Positions 25,832 through 38,034 of a stretch of 64,000 nt of DNA are shown here, piece after piece. The stretch comes from the human T2T-CHM13v2.0 reference genome, Homo sapiens, in NCBI RefSeq assembly GCF_009914755.1, contig NC_060929.1. One strand, written 5' to 3'. The notes beneath the pieces are model-generated. The model was not told the origin of the DNA, searched no databases, and worked only from the letters and a program-made list of their open reading frames with translations. The stretch's first letter is position 1; every line of letters starts with the position of its first letter. Made by a program: the position numbers and the translations under genes.

Positions 25832-26602
25832 ATAATAATTCTGTTATTTTAGAACAGGCAAAATTATGTAACCTAGAACAATAAATGCCTATGCAGTTCA
25901 AAAATGCACAAATAATAGAGGCTCAATATCTGAACATTAAATTTTCTTAAATGTACCCTTTTTAATAAAACTTATGCCTCTGTTTTTAATATTAAATGAT
26001 CAGTAATTTATATAGTGTTTCAGGAAACAAAGGTATAAATATGTAAAAAATGTCTAATGGAAACTAGATCCTTGTATTAAAATGTATTTTCTGTATTTTT
26101 GCAGTCTAGATTAGTAACTTAGAACAATCTATAAGTTTGAACAAAATGCACAATATTTATAGTTTGTTGAAATAATACAGTGGAATTGTTAATAAAATTT
26201 TCACATTAATTCCTCTTTGGATATTATCTTTTTACCTAAATTGGTTAACATGAGGCAATTCCAATAAAAGAAAATGCCAAGAACATATTTGTAACTGAGG
26301 GAGCTATGAATAAAGTGAAAAGAGCAACTACAGTTTCCTTAAGGGCCTTTATCCACCCAAGAAAACCTGTTACGCTGGTTTGATAATTTTTTTAAAAAAA
26401 GAATTATGATATCTCTAATCTCTTATTAATTTAGCAAGCATAGATCTTTATTTAACTATGTTAACATTTCTGTAATTACCAAGAAGATTACAAATTCAAA
26501 TACTGAAAGAGGAAGACATTATATGGAAGAGATGTCATTTTAAACAGATAAAAAAAGAAATGTTGACACTTTGGCACCTTTGCTGTTCTTAACAGAATAG
26601 AA

Positions 26603-26654
26603 TGTGTGTGCGTGTGTGTGTGTGTGTGTCTGTGTGTGTGTATGTGTGTGTGTA
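26603..26654. repeat. (GT)n microsatellite, interrupted
   Basis: Direct reading. Confidence 0.95.
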
Positions 26655-27464
26655 TCAAAGCAAGTTACAGATTTGGGCTAGGTAGGCACATTTTAGGAAA
26701 AACATATTTTATTGAATATATTTAAAAGCATCGATTGCTGTATATCCAAAGTAATAGGTACAAAATTACTCAACAATCTCAGAATATCTTAGAGATAAAA
26801 TGTGATTTTTATGAAATTACCAAATGAAACAAGTGTTTATGATGGAAAATTGTATCTTGACTTGATTAATCTTTTAAAAGTTAACTGATAAAAGTGGCTG
26901 CCAAAAGGAACTAACAACTGCTCCTGGAAATGGTTTCTGGGATCTGTATTTATGAATTATAAATCAATTTATTTAATTAATGAATATTTCTGGATTTTCA
27001 AATCCTTTAATCCTCCAACATTTGGAATAAAATCAAATATAAGACTTTGTAGAAAATTTTCTGAAACGTATAAAAGTACCACCTCTGAGATGACCTCTCT
27101 GAAAAATAAGCATACTAATAAAAAAAATTGGACTGCCTTATTGTGTATGCCTCACAGGGTTACTTATAATGATAAACAAGATAAGCAAACAGCAGTAAGT
27201 GTTTTTGCCTGGACACACACTACCTTCTTATATGTTGTATATAGTTCATCAAAGTATTGATGGAGATTTTGTAAAGATTAAATGAAGGAATCAGTATACA
27301 ATATATAAGAAGGAGGTATGTGGCAAAAAAAAAAGGTTGCTGTTGTTCACTTACATTGTTCATCATTGTAACTAATCCTGTGAGCCACACACAATGAGGC
27401 AGTCCAGTGGTTTCCTCTCTCATACTACAACAGTGGTACGCCTGGGTAATCTATGCCAGTTCAA

Positions 27465-27585
27465 GCTGTAGGATCATACAGGACTTATTTCACAGAGTTT
27501 TTACAGAATCAAGAGAAATGATACATAAAAAAACACATTAAATCTATAAAGAATTGTACAAATATAAAGTGTTGTGATTATTATC
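27465..27585 (+). mobile_element. MIR 3' fragment
   Basis: acttatttcacagagtttttacagaatcaagagaaatgatacata...tgtacaaatataaagtgttgtgattatt resembles the MIR core and tail. Confidence 0.5.
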
Positions 27586-27644
27586 TAAATACTAGTTTTT
27601 ATATGCCACCAGGGAAGAGTTGAAGCAGAAATCTTGACTGAATG

Positions 27645-27750
27645 TAATATATATATTATATATATATATACACACACATATATAAAATATACATATATTT
27701 ACACACACATATATACACATATATGTATATATATACATATTATATATATG
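27645..27750. repeat. (TA)n/(CA)n compound low-complexity repeat
   Basis: Direct reading. Confidence 0.9.
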
Positions 27751-29764
27751 AAACATAGTTGTAGTAAATCGCAAGCTCATGAAGGAGAAAGGATCTTCTA
27801 AAACATACATAAGATGCGGTGACAGATTTAACTTGCACTAATACTGAATATATAAAGTGAATATCACGCCTCTGAGTTGTCTATAACTCTTCTGGTCCTA
27901 TCATGATCTTCCATGTGCTAGCTAATGGTGAAAAAAAAATAACTTTCATATAACCTTTAGTTCAAGCTGATTTAAATCTTAATAAGATTCAGAAAATCAA
28001 ATATTTTATTTCTTTTTAATAGTAATAACGTAACAGCTTGAATGTCAGATTTTCTGCCTTCCATCTCCCTTTCATATCTATTCCATAGACATGTCTGGCT
28101 GGGCAAGTGAAAGTGGGTGGCTTTCTCATAAGTTAGCAGGTCAGGGACTGATTGCAGTGTGTCTGACTCTCTCTGGCTTTCAAGACAGTGTCCCATTTCT
28201 TGCTGGCTAGAGCAGCATTTGTAACTGCTAAACAATCTGTATTTTGGGGATCAACTCTATCTCCTTGAAGACTCAGTTGTTCTCGGAATGTTCCAAGCTT
28301 CAGGCCCTAGAATCTGTGTCATTCCCGCAGTTCATCCAGCCTTTTACCTGGGAAGACATATCTCAAGTTTGCTATGCATAACCTTGTCCAATTCGGTACC
28401 ATGCCGCATCTTAGTACCATGTGGGAAGGTCCTCTCTTCAGCTGCTCAACCTTTCACTTTTTCTACTGGGCTGGATTAAGCCATGTCTACAAAGTATCTC
28501 TGCGTAGTGGTTCCCTCCAAGAATACTAAATGAGAATCCCAAGCAAGATTCCACCTCACTTCCCTTATGTAAGAAAACTTTCCATTTCTACCAAGGCATG
28601 GAAAGGTTAAAATTTGAAGAAAAATATGATATTTCACTTCCGTGATTTCTTTTTGTTTATTTTTTCACAATTGTTTATGGTTGATTCCTTTTTTATTCTC
28701 CTCTTAAACAGCCTCTATCTACAATAAAAAGCAAATATCCAGGCTATGATGTTATAGATGAGAGGGTGTCCTCTCAATAGTAGGAAAAACGCTGTGAACT
28801 GAGACCTTTTTGACACACTAAATGAAGGAAATTATAGAAAACATTTTATCAAAACAACTCAACAGCCTTTCACATTTTCAAAACTCAAAACTCTTTGCAT
28901 TTATTTTAGAAATATTTCTAATCCTCACCCCTATATAAACAAGAGCACAGTCTCTTTTTTTTCTATGTAAACTAATTCAGTAATGTCATAATCTTCAACC
29001 TCCTCCTGTCTTCTCAATCCAAGAAAGAAAAAAAAGACACAGACATCTAGGGCACACCAGAATGAAACTTTCGTTATCAGAAAGGTTAGCAAGAAAACTA
29101 TCTTAATATTTTTAAAACCCCTTCCCTTACAGAGAACTTAGTCTTTAATCATTGTGCATACTATTGACTAAGAATATGGATATAATTTTGCATTAAGAAG
29201 CTGAAATAATATGTAATTTGAGAGAAACTTAAGAAAACTAAATATCATTTTTATATATTGCAGGGTTTTTTGTGCTGTCACTTAAAAAAAATTAAGAGAA
29301 AAACTCAGTTTAGATTAACTTGTGACTTCTTCCCATCAGACAATCTAACTTCTCAAAATAATATTGAATTCCCATAGCCATTCTAGAAAAACAGTGTACC
29401 GTCAATCCACGGATGGAAAACAATTTCAGAGAACCTGCTGCTTGGGTAGGTTATAAACATGAATCCTAAAATTGCTAGGAAATAGTCAATCTGTTGTAAC
29501 AAAGGTAATGTTAATCTCTGCACAAATCATAATGTGTACTGATTCATCACTGGGCTACTTGCAGTCACGCAAATTATTGGAGATGAGAAGGTTTATGCTA
29601 ACACCATAATGGCGAGGTAATTATAATAGAATTATGCTCAATGAGGAGAGTGACCTTTTCATGTTCACTATTGTTATGTTCAGCCCAAAGATTAAGGAGT
29701 ATTAACCAAACACTGAATAAATGCTTTTTTTCCCCCCAGAGTGAGAATATAAATTATCATTTTG

Positions 29765-30769
29765 TTATACGTTCTCTATCATTGCTACGACAAGTTACCA
29801 CAATTTTATTTATTATCTCACAGTTCTGTAAGTTGGAATTCTGACGAAGGTTTCACCAGGCTCAAATTAAGGCATCAGTAAGATCGTGTTTCTTTCCATG
29901 CTCTGAAGATGAATCTGCTTCCAGGTTCTTCGAGTGAGTTCCTGGCAGAATTCAGTCCTATGTGATGGTAGCACTCAGGTTTCCATTTCTTTGCCACTTG
30001 TCAGTCTGGGGTGATTCTCAACCTCCAGAGGCCACCCACTTACCTTACCTTCTTCTTTTAAGGCTATCTTTACAGGCGCATGGATGAGGCTGGAAACCAT
30101 CATTCTCAGCAAACTAACACAGGAACAGAAAACCAAACACCGCATGTTCTCACTCATATGTGGAAGCTGAACAGTGAGAACACATGGACACAGGAAGGGG
30201 AACATCACACACTGGGGCCTGTTGAGGGGGTGGGGGGCTAGGGGAGGGATAACATTAGGAGAAATAACTAATGTAGATGATGGGTTGATGGGTACAGCAA
30301 ACCACCATGGCACGTGTATACCTATGTAACAAACCTGCACATTCTGCACATCTATCCCAGAACTTAAAGTATAATTTAAAAAAAAACATGATAAACAAAA
30401 TTTAAAAAAAAATCCCAGAGAATATTTGGGAAATACAAAAAAAAATGCTATCAATCGCTTGTCTTTTTCATGCTTTAAATCTCTCTGATCTTCTCTCCCT
30501 CCTTCTCTCTCCTCCTTTACACATCTGCCACATATCTCTAATGGGCCCTTTTGCATTCTTCTGTTACTTTTAAGGACTCAGATGATTACCCTGAGTTCAC
30601 TTAGATCATTTAGAATAATCTCTCTATTTTGGGGGCAGCTGACTATAAATTCCAACCTCAATTCCATCTGCAAAGCTCCTTCTTAGCAATACCTAGATTA
30701 TTGTTTGATTCAATGACCGTGGGACAGGGATTTGAGGAGGGGAAAATCTTTACATTTCTGCTTCCCACA
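29765..30769 (-). mobile_element. MLT1D/E-like LTR interrupted by L1PA7
   Basis: tttattatctcacagttctgtaag...ggcagaattcagtcc...tttaaggactcagatgatta...ttccatctgcaaag...cttcccaca. Confidence 0.75.
30069..30445 (+). mobile_element. 5'-truncated L1PA7-like 3' end with extended tail
   Basis: ggggctaggggagggataacattaggagaaata...gcaaaccaccatggcacgtgtatacctatgtaac; TSD aaggctatc (30060-30068) / aatgctatc (30444-30452). Confidence 0.92.
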
Positions 30770-32499
30770 ATTTGCTTACTTGCCTTTTATTCTGTAATCA
30801 GCAAGTTTGTGAAATTCTAGGTGCCAGACACCTTTCACTTGTCACAATATAAGAATTACTAACTCGTGATTGTCAACTGCAAATAATAAAGTGCAGAGGT
30901 TAAGAGACACAAATAAACACTCTTTTCAATAAAATGTATTATAGAAACACTTGTGTATGGGTGTCAGTGGAACCGTGAGCCAACTAAACCTCTTTTCAGT
31001 GGCATAAGAAAATTTTATGGTAGTAGCAAGGTGGTGGTTCAACTCTCGGGAGGGTAGCAGAGAGCAAAAACTTTACAGAAAAGATATGATCTGATTATGC
31101 TAGAAGATCTTAGTTCAAAGTAGAAATAAGAGGAATTGAGATTCTAGGAAGAAGTAGGGTGCACAGCAGTGAGTTGTGTAAAAGCATACAACGTTCTAAA
31201 AATTGTGGGGAGACAATGGGGTATAGGTATGGCCAAAAGAAATAGTAGAATAGTTGAAAGACAAAATAAATTGCAAAAGTATTAATAGGTTGAAACAAAT
31301 CTATAAATGCCTTGACTACTACTGCTAGGCGACACTAAGAACATAATGGAGATAAAAATCTAGAAAACCAGATATGTGAGTATGAGTGTGTATGTGTGTA
31401 TTTAAGATAGCTGTAGAAGTTTAGTGCAATATAGGCTTGATAAGGGGACATAATGCTGAGAGATTTGAAAACTATAAGAAAATAATAATTTAGGTATTTT
31501 ATTAATAGAACTTCTCACGGTACACTTTATATGCTCATGTAGTTTAACTCATTTTTATCTGTGAATGTCATAAATATAAATATAGGTTAAAGCAGAATCT
31601 AATTGATTCTTTGGACAGAGATTTTACTTTGGAGTCAGAATGGTTTCTTTATTTTCATACTGCTTTTTCCTTTTCCTTGTTCATGTTGGCTAGGCATATT
31701 TACTCCTTTTATATTTTAATCCTTATTCTATGCATTTACTTATGTTAACAGTATCAGATTTGGGAAGATAATTTAATTATGCACAGACATTTTCCCTCTT
31801 ATTTCAGTATCAAAAATTTATTCAAATACGAAGTGGCACTGATTCAATGCATTATTACTGATGCAAGCAAAAGATTGTCAGCAGGTGAATTTGTGTTTAT
31901 AATTCATGGTCGTGGGAAGAAAAAATAATCAAGTTTGGGAAAATGGATGCTAGCATAAAAAGCAGAATTTAAATATCTCTTTGTAGGTTCACAATTAAAA
32001 TAGTTCTCCAAGGATATTACTTTATATGGACCCATGACAGTAACCATCCTACTGTAAATTTATTTGGTTCTTGCATGATAATACTGCAAACTCATCACTG
32101 CTGACCTCAGACAGCTTTCACAGATGTGCACCAACAAACACAGTCACAACACACTGGCCTTATTCCATATGCTACTGATAAAACGGCATACCATCTCAAT
32201 AAGATTAAGGAAGAGAATAGTTATTTTTTAATGTAATATTGACTTTTTAAATATCTATATGACCTTAGATGGTTTTGAGTTATTATATTTTGCATAAAAA
32301 AAGCATTTCTTTTTTTCTAATTTCTTTCACGGTACATGAACTGTCTTGTTGATTATACTGCATAGAAGAACAGCAACAACACAAACTAAAGAAAATGTAC
32401 CATAAAATGTTGATATTCTTAAGAAATATTTTTAAAATACACACACTAAAAAGTCACCAAATGTTTGTTAAACTTATTTCAGTGTGTCCATTGTATTGT

Positions 32500-33250
32500 C
32501 ACTTAATTTACTCAACAAACATTTATTGAGAGGTACTCTTCTATAAGCTGTGAATTCGGTGTTCAACAAATCAATGCATATACATTTCACATGGGTTGGG
32601 GCAAGCAATAAAGCAAATAAGAAAAAAGTATAGTAAATCATAGGATGATACATACATGGAAAGGATGAAAGATAAAGCAAAAAAATTGAATATAGATTGT
32701 CAAAAAATGGGGTATGGAGTGTGTGTGTGTGTGCGTGCGTGTGTTTGATGGGGTTGTGTGCAGAGGAACCTAAGAACACTACAATTATAAATGGTGAAGG
32801 CTTTCCTGAGTTCCTGACCTATGGGTAAGACCTGAACGTATGAAGATGAGCCTTGTGGATTTCTGGGAATGAGCATTCCTAGAAAAGGGAAAGCAATTGC
32901 AAAACCCTAATTTTAGAAGACAGTAGTATGGTGGTAAACAGACTCTAAAACATTAAAAAGCCACGATTTTTAGTGTTTGTTAATTTCTATTTTGTAAATA
33001 TTCACACCATGACTAATTTTCAAGATACTGACATAATACTGCAGGACGCTGAGTTGGAATGACATGTACACAGTTGGAATGAGAGCTTGTTCCAGTGGCC
33101 CCAGCTCACCACTGGAAGAGAGTAATAGGATTTGAATTTGAGGAGGTAAGGACCAGATGGGGATGAGATAATATAGAGGCTTCTAAGTCATTAAAGGCTC
33201 TGAGTTTTTCTCTGTGGAAATTAGGAAATTATTGGATGGTTTAAACTCTA
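32500..33250 (-). mobile_element. L2a 3' end, interrupted by (GT)n and MER63
   Basis: tttactcaacaaacatttattgag is the antisense L2 terminus; later gagcattcctagaaaagggaaagcaattgcaaaaccct. Confidence 0.7.
32921..33114. mobile_element. MER63A-like hAT MITE
   Basis: Terminal inverted repeats cagtagtatggtgg / ccagctcaccactg, with internal tgtaaatattcacaccatgactaattttcaag. Confidence 0.75.
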
Positions 33251-33679
33251 CTTAACTCACACAGAATATAATATAAAACTATAGGAGTTATTAATTCCCC
33301 AATTAGAATTTACAAAATATTCCTTCCTTATTAAATCAAAAGTACTCATTAAAATTAAACAAATTTCAAGTTTACAGTTTTAAACATCACATGGAGAGCC
33401 AGATTAAATGGTGAGTCAATTAGGGAAAAATCTACAGACAGCACACAAGGTGCCATTTAGCTTGTTTGTTAATTGATGAAATCTAGAACTACTCATTTTC
33501 ACCTTCCTGGTCACCAATACATTTACATTGAATTAATATTTAAATGCTATAGGATCAGAGGAGCACCAACTTTTTAGCTTGTTTACCATGGTCAGAAAAT
33601 GTGTTGTGCTGAAAATCATCTACATATTATTGATAGCTCCCTCTCCTTTTCCAAGAGTGTTCATCTGAAAACTTAGTAT

Positions 33680-35570
33680 TTCATCAAGCCCACTTTTCTT
33701 ATTATACTCTGCCAAACATCCCTCACTATTTGACAGTGATAGCAAAGACCACCATCCAATATGAATAACATCACCTTATCTCCTCATGTAAAAAAAAGGA
33801 GTCTATATTAGTTAACCATTCTCACAAGACCCCTTAGGATCTCAAGGGAAAGTGGTCACTTTTTCCCAAGGACAAGTCTTCTACTTGTGCTCTACTTTCC
33901 TCTCCTTACCATTTGTCCAGATACTTTCTTCCATCACCTAGTTTATCAGTCCACCCATCAACAGGATCTATAATGAACATCATCAAATCACTGCAATATT
34001 GACAGAGATTCTTCTCCATGTTCCATAGAGCTAAAGCACTCTCTTTCTCTTCATGAAAAAGCTCCCAATGTGAAAATAGAGGTTGATATGGTTTAGATCT
34101 GTGTCCCTACCCAACTTTCATGTCAAATTGTAATCACCAGTATCAAAGGTAGGTCCTGGTAGGAGGTGATTGGATGGCGGTGATTCCCCCTCGGTGCTGC
34201 TCTCATAATAGTGAGTGAGTGCCCATCAGATCTGGTTGCTTAAGGCACCTTGCCTGTTTCTCTCTTCCTCCTGCTCTAGCCATGTGAAGATGGGCCTGCT
34301 TTCCCTTTATCTTCCACTATGATTGTAAGTTTCCTGAGCCCTTCCCAGGTATTCTTCCTGTACAGCCTGTGGAACCATGAGCCAATTAAACCTCTTTTTC
34401 TTATAAATTAACCGTTCTCAGCCACTTCTTTATAACAGCGTGAGAACAGACTAATTCCGAGGTTTTGATTTTGCTATGTATCATTCATAGATCATTATCC
34501 CACTGCCATCTGTCTTCCAACCCACTAGCTCATTTAATTCACTAATTGAAGTCATCAAGCATTTCTTAAATCTCAGATCCGTTGGGAAATTTTTGGTTGT
34601 TATATGACCACTTTGTGATATTTAATCCACTTGACAGCCTCATATCTTCTAATTTATTTCCTGATAATCACTGATATATATTTCTTTTCCTTCCTTTCTG
34701 ATAGTGTTTTTCCTGCTTATGTTTCTATCCCTTTTCTCAACCCTTCACTAGGGTTATTTTCTTTCTGTCTTATCCTTTCCATGGTGTACAATCTCTTGAT
34801 ATATTCAGTATTTATCTATACGCTTGTCTAAATATCTAATTGATATATAGCTTGTCTAAATAGCTAATTGGTACATTTCATCCTGATGTCTTCTATATTT
34901 TCCAGAACCTTATTTCTAACAGCTTTAACCACATGCCTATTTAAAAGTCCAGTTAAAAAAAAAAAACTAAACTAAACTAAATTTAAAATACTTTTCTCAA
35001 ATCTATTCTTCCATCTGTGCTTCTAATTTGGGCCAATGGTTCAAGCATTCATTTAGTGTTAAAGAATTAAATTGTTGAATATATTCTAAAATGCTCCCTA
35101 TGTCTATTTGATAGACCAAATCACTAATGAAGTATTTTCATTTCTATCTCTTATGTTTAAAATCTATTCTTGTTTCTCAACATCTGACTTTGCCTTTATT
35201 AAAACCAATCTTTTACCCACCTAGGTGAATAAAATAAATACTTCACTAGATATAATGGCATCTTTGGTTATTTTTTTCTATTTCCAATTTATCCACCACT
35301 TTCCAATATACACACTTCATCAAATTTCCCAAAATGACTAATATGCCTAATATAAAATAAATAAATGCATTTTTAAAAAGTAAATTATTTTGCTTAGTAT
35401 ACATCATTCCTTTTGATATGGTCCCAATCTCTTGTGTGTCAGCTATTGTCTCTTTTCCACACCTTCATTTTTAGAAATAGAATTCCCTATATTTCTGAAA
35501 GGCAATCTTTTATAGGTATTTTTACTTGCTCTTCCCTCTGTCTAGACACCATATTCTTTCTCCACCTACA
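33680..35570 (+). mobile_element. L2 fragments flanking the MSTA insertion
   Basis: Pyrimidine-rich L2-like blocks (ttctacttgtgctctac, tttccagaaccttatttctaac, acttgctcttccctctgtctagacacc). Confidence 0.5.
34084..34458 (+). mobile_element. MSTA-like solo LTR with 5-bp TSD
   Basis: tgatatggtttagatctgtgtccc...gattgtaagtttcctgag...gaacagactaattcc; TSD gaggt at 34079-34083 and 34459-34463. Confidence 0.92.
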
Positions 35571-37081
35571 TTACTAATTCTTTTTAACCTGTGAAAACAA
35601 AGGCTTTCTTTCCAAATGAAAAAATACGTATAAAGGTGCTTGAGTATCTACTTAACAAATCCAAACAAAAGACTACTAGTATTTAAAATAAGGGAAACTC
35701 AGAATCAGTACTTTATATAAGGAAAATGCTGGAGAATTTAAAAACGTATTTAAGAAAGTAAATGTAATTAATTTTAACCTACAGAATAAAAGAAACAAAA
35801 GCAATAATCCAAATACAAAAGAACAAATGTTTTCTTAAATGAAGAGAAAAAGTGTGTCTATATTTCAAAGCACTTACGAAGACCCAGGTATTATTAACGT
35901 AAATGATTAATTCTTACAAAGATTTTGATTAAAATCTTGAACTTTAAAAAACAAACGTATGAAAAATAGAAACATTTAGATAGGATAAATACATGAATCC
36001 ACTAATATAGCCCCAAACAGGTAACCTTAGGTAACAGGTAACTTATTCTGAGTATATTTACAAAAAAATGCATTGTTAAATATAAAGTTGAGTCTAATAT
36101 GGTACTAGAAAAATGATATATTATGTATAAATGATGCTAAGATAATTATTTAAATATGTGAAAACCACTTTTTTATTTATATCAAACACCAGAAAAAATA
36201 ACAGCATTATTTTAAAATATTATAAAATTCATTGAATAAAATCTTAGAAAAAATGAAAACATAAGTGAATATCATAATATACTAACTGAAAATAATGTAT
36301 GCAACGCTCATGTGCAAAATTCAAAAGAGAAATGTTGATGAGTTTGACCAAATACAAATTAATGACATTTACATGATAAAAGTAAACAAAATCAAGAGGT
36401 AAATGAAAATATTAAAGAAAAAAATGCAACATGTGAAGCGGTTTGTTAATATACTTAATATCTAAAGAACAATTTACAAATCATAAAAAGAACAGTATCT
36501 TACAATATAAAATTGGGCACAGTTTACATTAAAAAAGATATTTCAAGAGAGCAAGATAAAATAATTTTAACAGAAATAAGGAAACTGTAAGAGGTTTCAT
36601 TCCCCACGTTTCATTTTATTGTTGTAACTGCTATAGTGGGCTCATAGTACATTTTACAATGACAATAAAAGATTACTAGTGGTTCCTTGTGCCAATGGTT
36701 TTGATGGCACAAAAGATTAGATCATCTTCATTGATCTAACAGTCATGACCTAAATTTGTTTTCATTTGTTCAGCAAAGCTAACGGTTATGTAACTGAAGT
36801 ACTGAAATTTTAAAAGCAGCATATACAAAACAGTATGCCCAAATATAATATGAATTATTTTATTAACCATTTTATCCTTCATAACTCTTGAACAAGATGT
36901 ATATATGTAGGCACAGGGTATGTTTTAAAATAATAGAGAAAACAAGGCTGTGAAAAGAAAGTTAATTTTCAGAATCTTGACAAAACAACTAAATTGATAT
37001 AAAAATTTCTACAGATATAAAAGGTATCAATAGGTACAAGAAACAAGAATCTTATTTGAAAATGCATTAGTACTTGGTTAC

Positions 37082-37569
37082 TGTGGCAGGTTAAGGAATG
37101 GCTCCATGAATGCCCATGCCATTAATCTCCGGAAACTAATTGCAGGAACCTCTGAATATGATATCTTACATGACAAAGGAAATTTTGTAGATGTGATTAG
37201 AAATTTTGAGATTCAAACATTATCCAAGTGGGCCCAATGTAATTACAAATTACTCTAAGAAAATGCAGGAAGGTCACAGTTAAGAAATGGTGGGAGGATA
37301 GAGACAAAAGTCAAAATGGTGAGAATATGCTATACTGTTGGCCTTGAAGATGGAGGAAGGGGCCATAAATCAGTGAATATGATGACCTCTAAAACTTGGA
37401 AAAGCTCTGAGACTCCTTTCAGAGCCTCCAGAAGAAACAAATCCTGCCAATCCCTTGACTTTAGCCTAGTGAGAATGATGTTGGACTTTTGATCTTGGAA
37501 ATATAATTTGTGTTGTTTTAATCCAGTAAAATGTGGTAAATTGTAACAGAAGCAATAGAAAATTATAGA
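37082..37569 (+). mobile_element. MLT1D-like solo LTR
   Basis: tgtggcagg...ttttgtagatgtgatta...ggccttgaagatggaggaaggggcca...gagcctccagaag...aatttgtgttgtttta...gcaatagaaaa. Confidence 0.85.
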
Positions 37570-37704
37570 ATCATAATCTTTTTTTGTTGAAATCAGGATA
37601 TAATTTCAAAATCAGAGAACAAACCATGATTATTTATTTAAGTTGTTTTGAATGTGAAGGAGATTTTTTATAAAAGCATGTTTTGGGATGTGGGGGAGCC
37701 TATT

Positions 37705-38034
37705 TGTAAGGAACATGGCTATGCTGCAGCCAGGAAGGCAGAGGCTGAGGTAAACACCCTGCATGACTCAGCAGGATTGGAACACAGGTGCACAATTCCA
37801 TGTGTTATATAATCACAGCTATGTAGCCATAACATGGGGAGACTCATCACCTGGCTCTGAGCCACTATTGTTTGTGAGGTGTGTAAATGCAGCACTGACA
37901 CTGTGAGAGAGCTGCTGAATAAAGCCATGTTGGATCTACCTCCTGTCTTTCGAGTGTTCTGGAAGAACACTTGCAGCTCCCTGCCCCCCATCCACCCACT
38001 CCCCTCAGACCTCATCTGGGGCTCGAACCTGACA
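37705..38034 (+). mobile_element. LTR18-family 5' LTR of HERV-S (HERVL18)
   Basis: TGTAAGGAACATGGCT...AATAAA (37918-37923)...GAACCTGACA, with TG...CA ends, immediately followed by a PBS. Confidence 0.85.

Noticed and set aside
29975-30556. 193-aa minus-strand ORF
   Set aside because: Antisense read-through of the L1PA7 3' end and MLT1, a common spurious repeat-derived frame.
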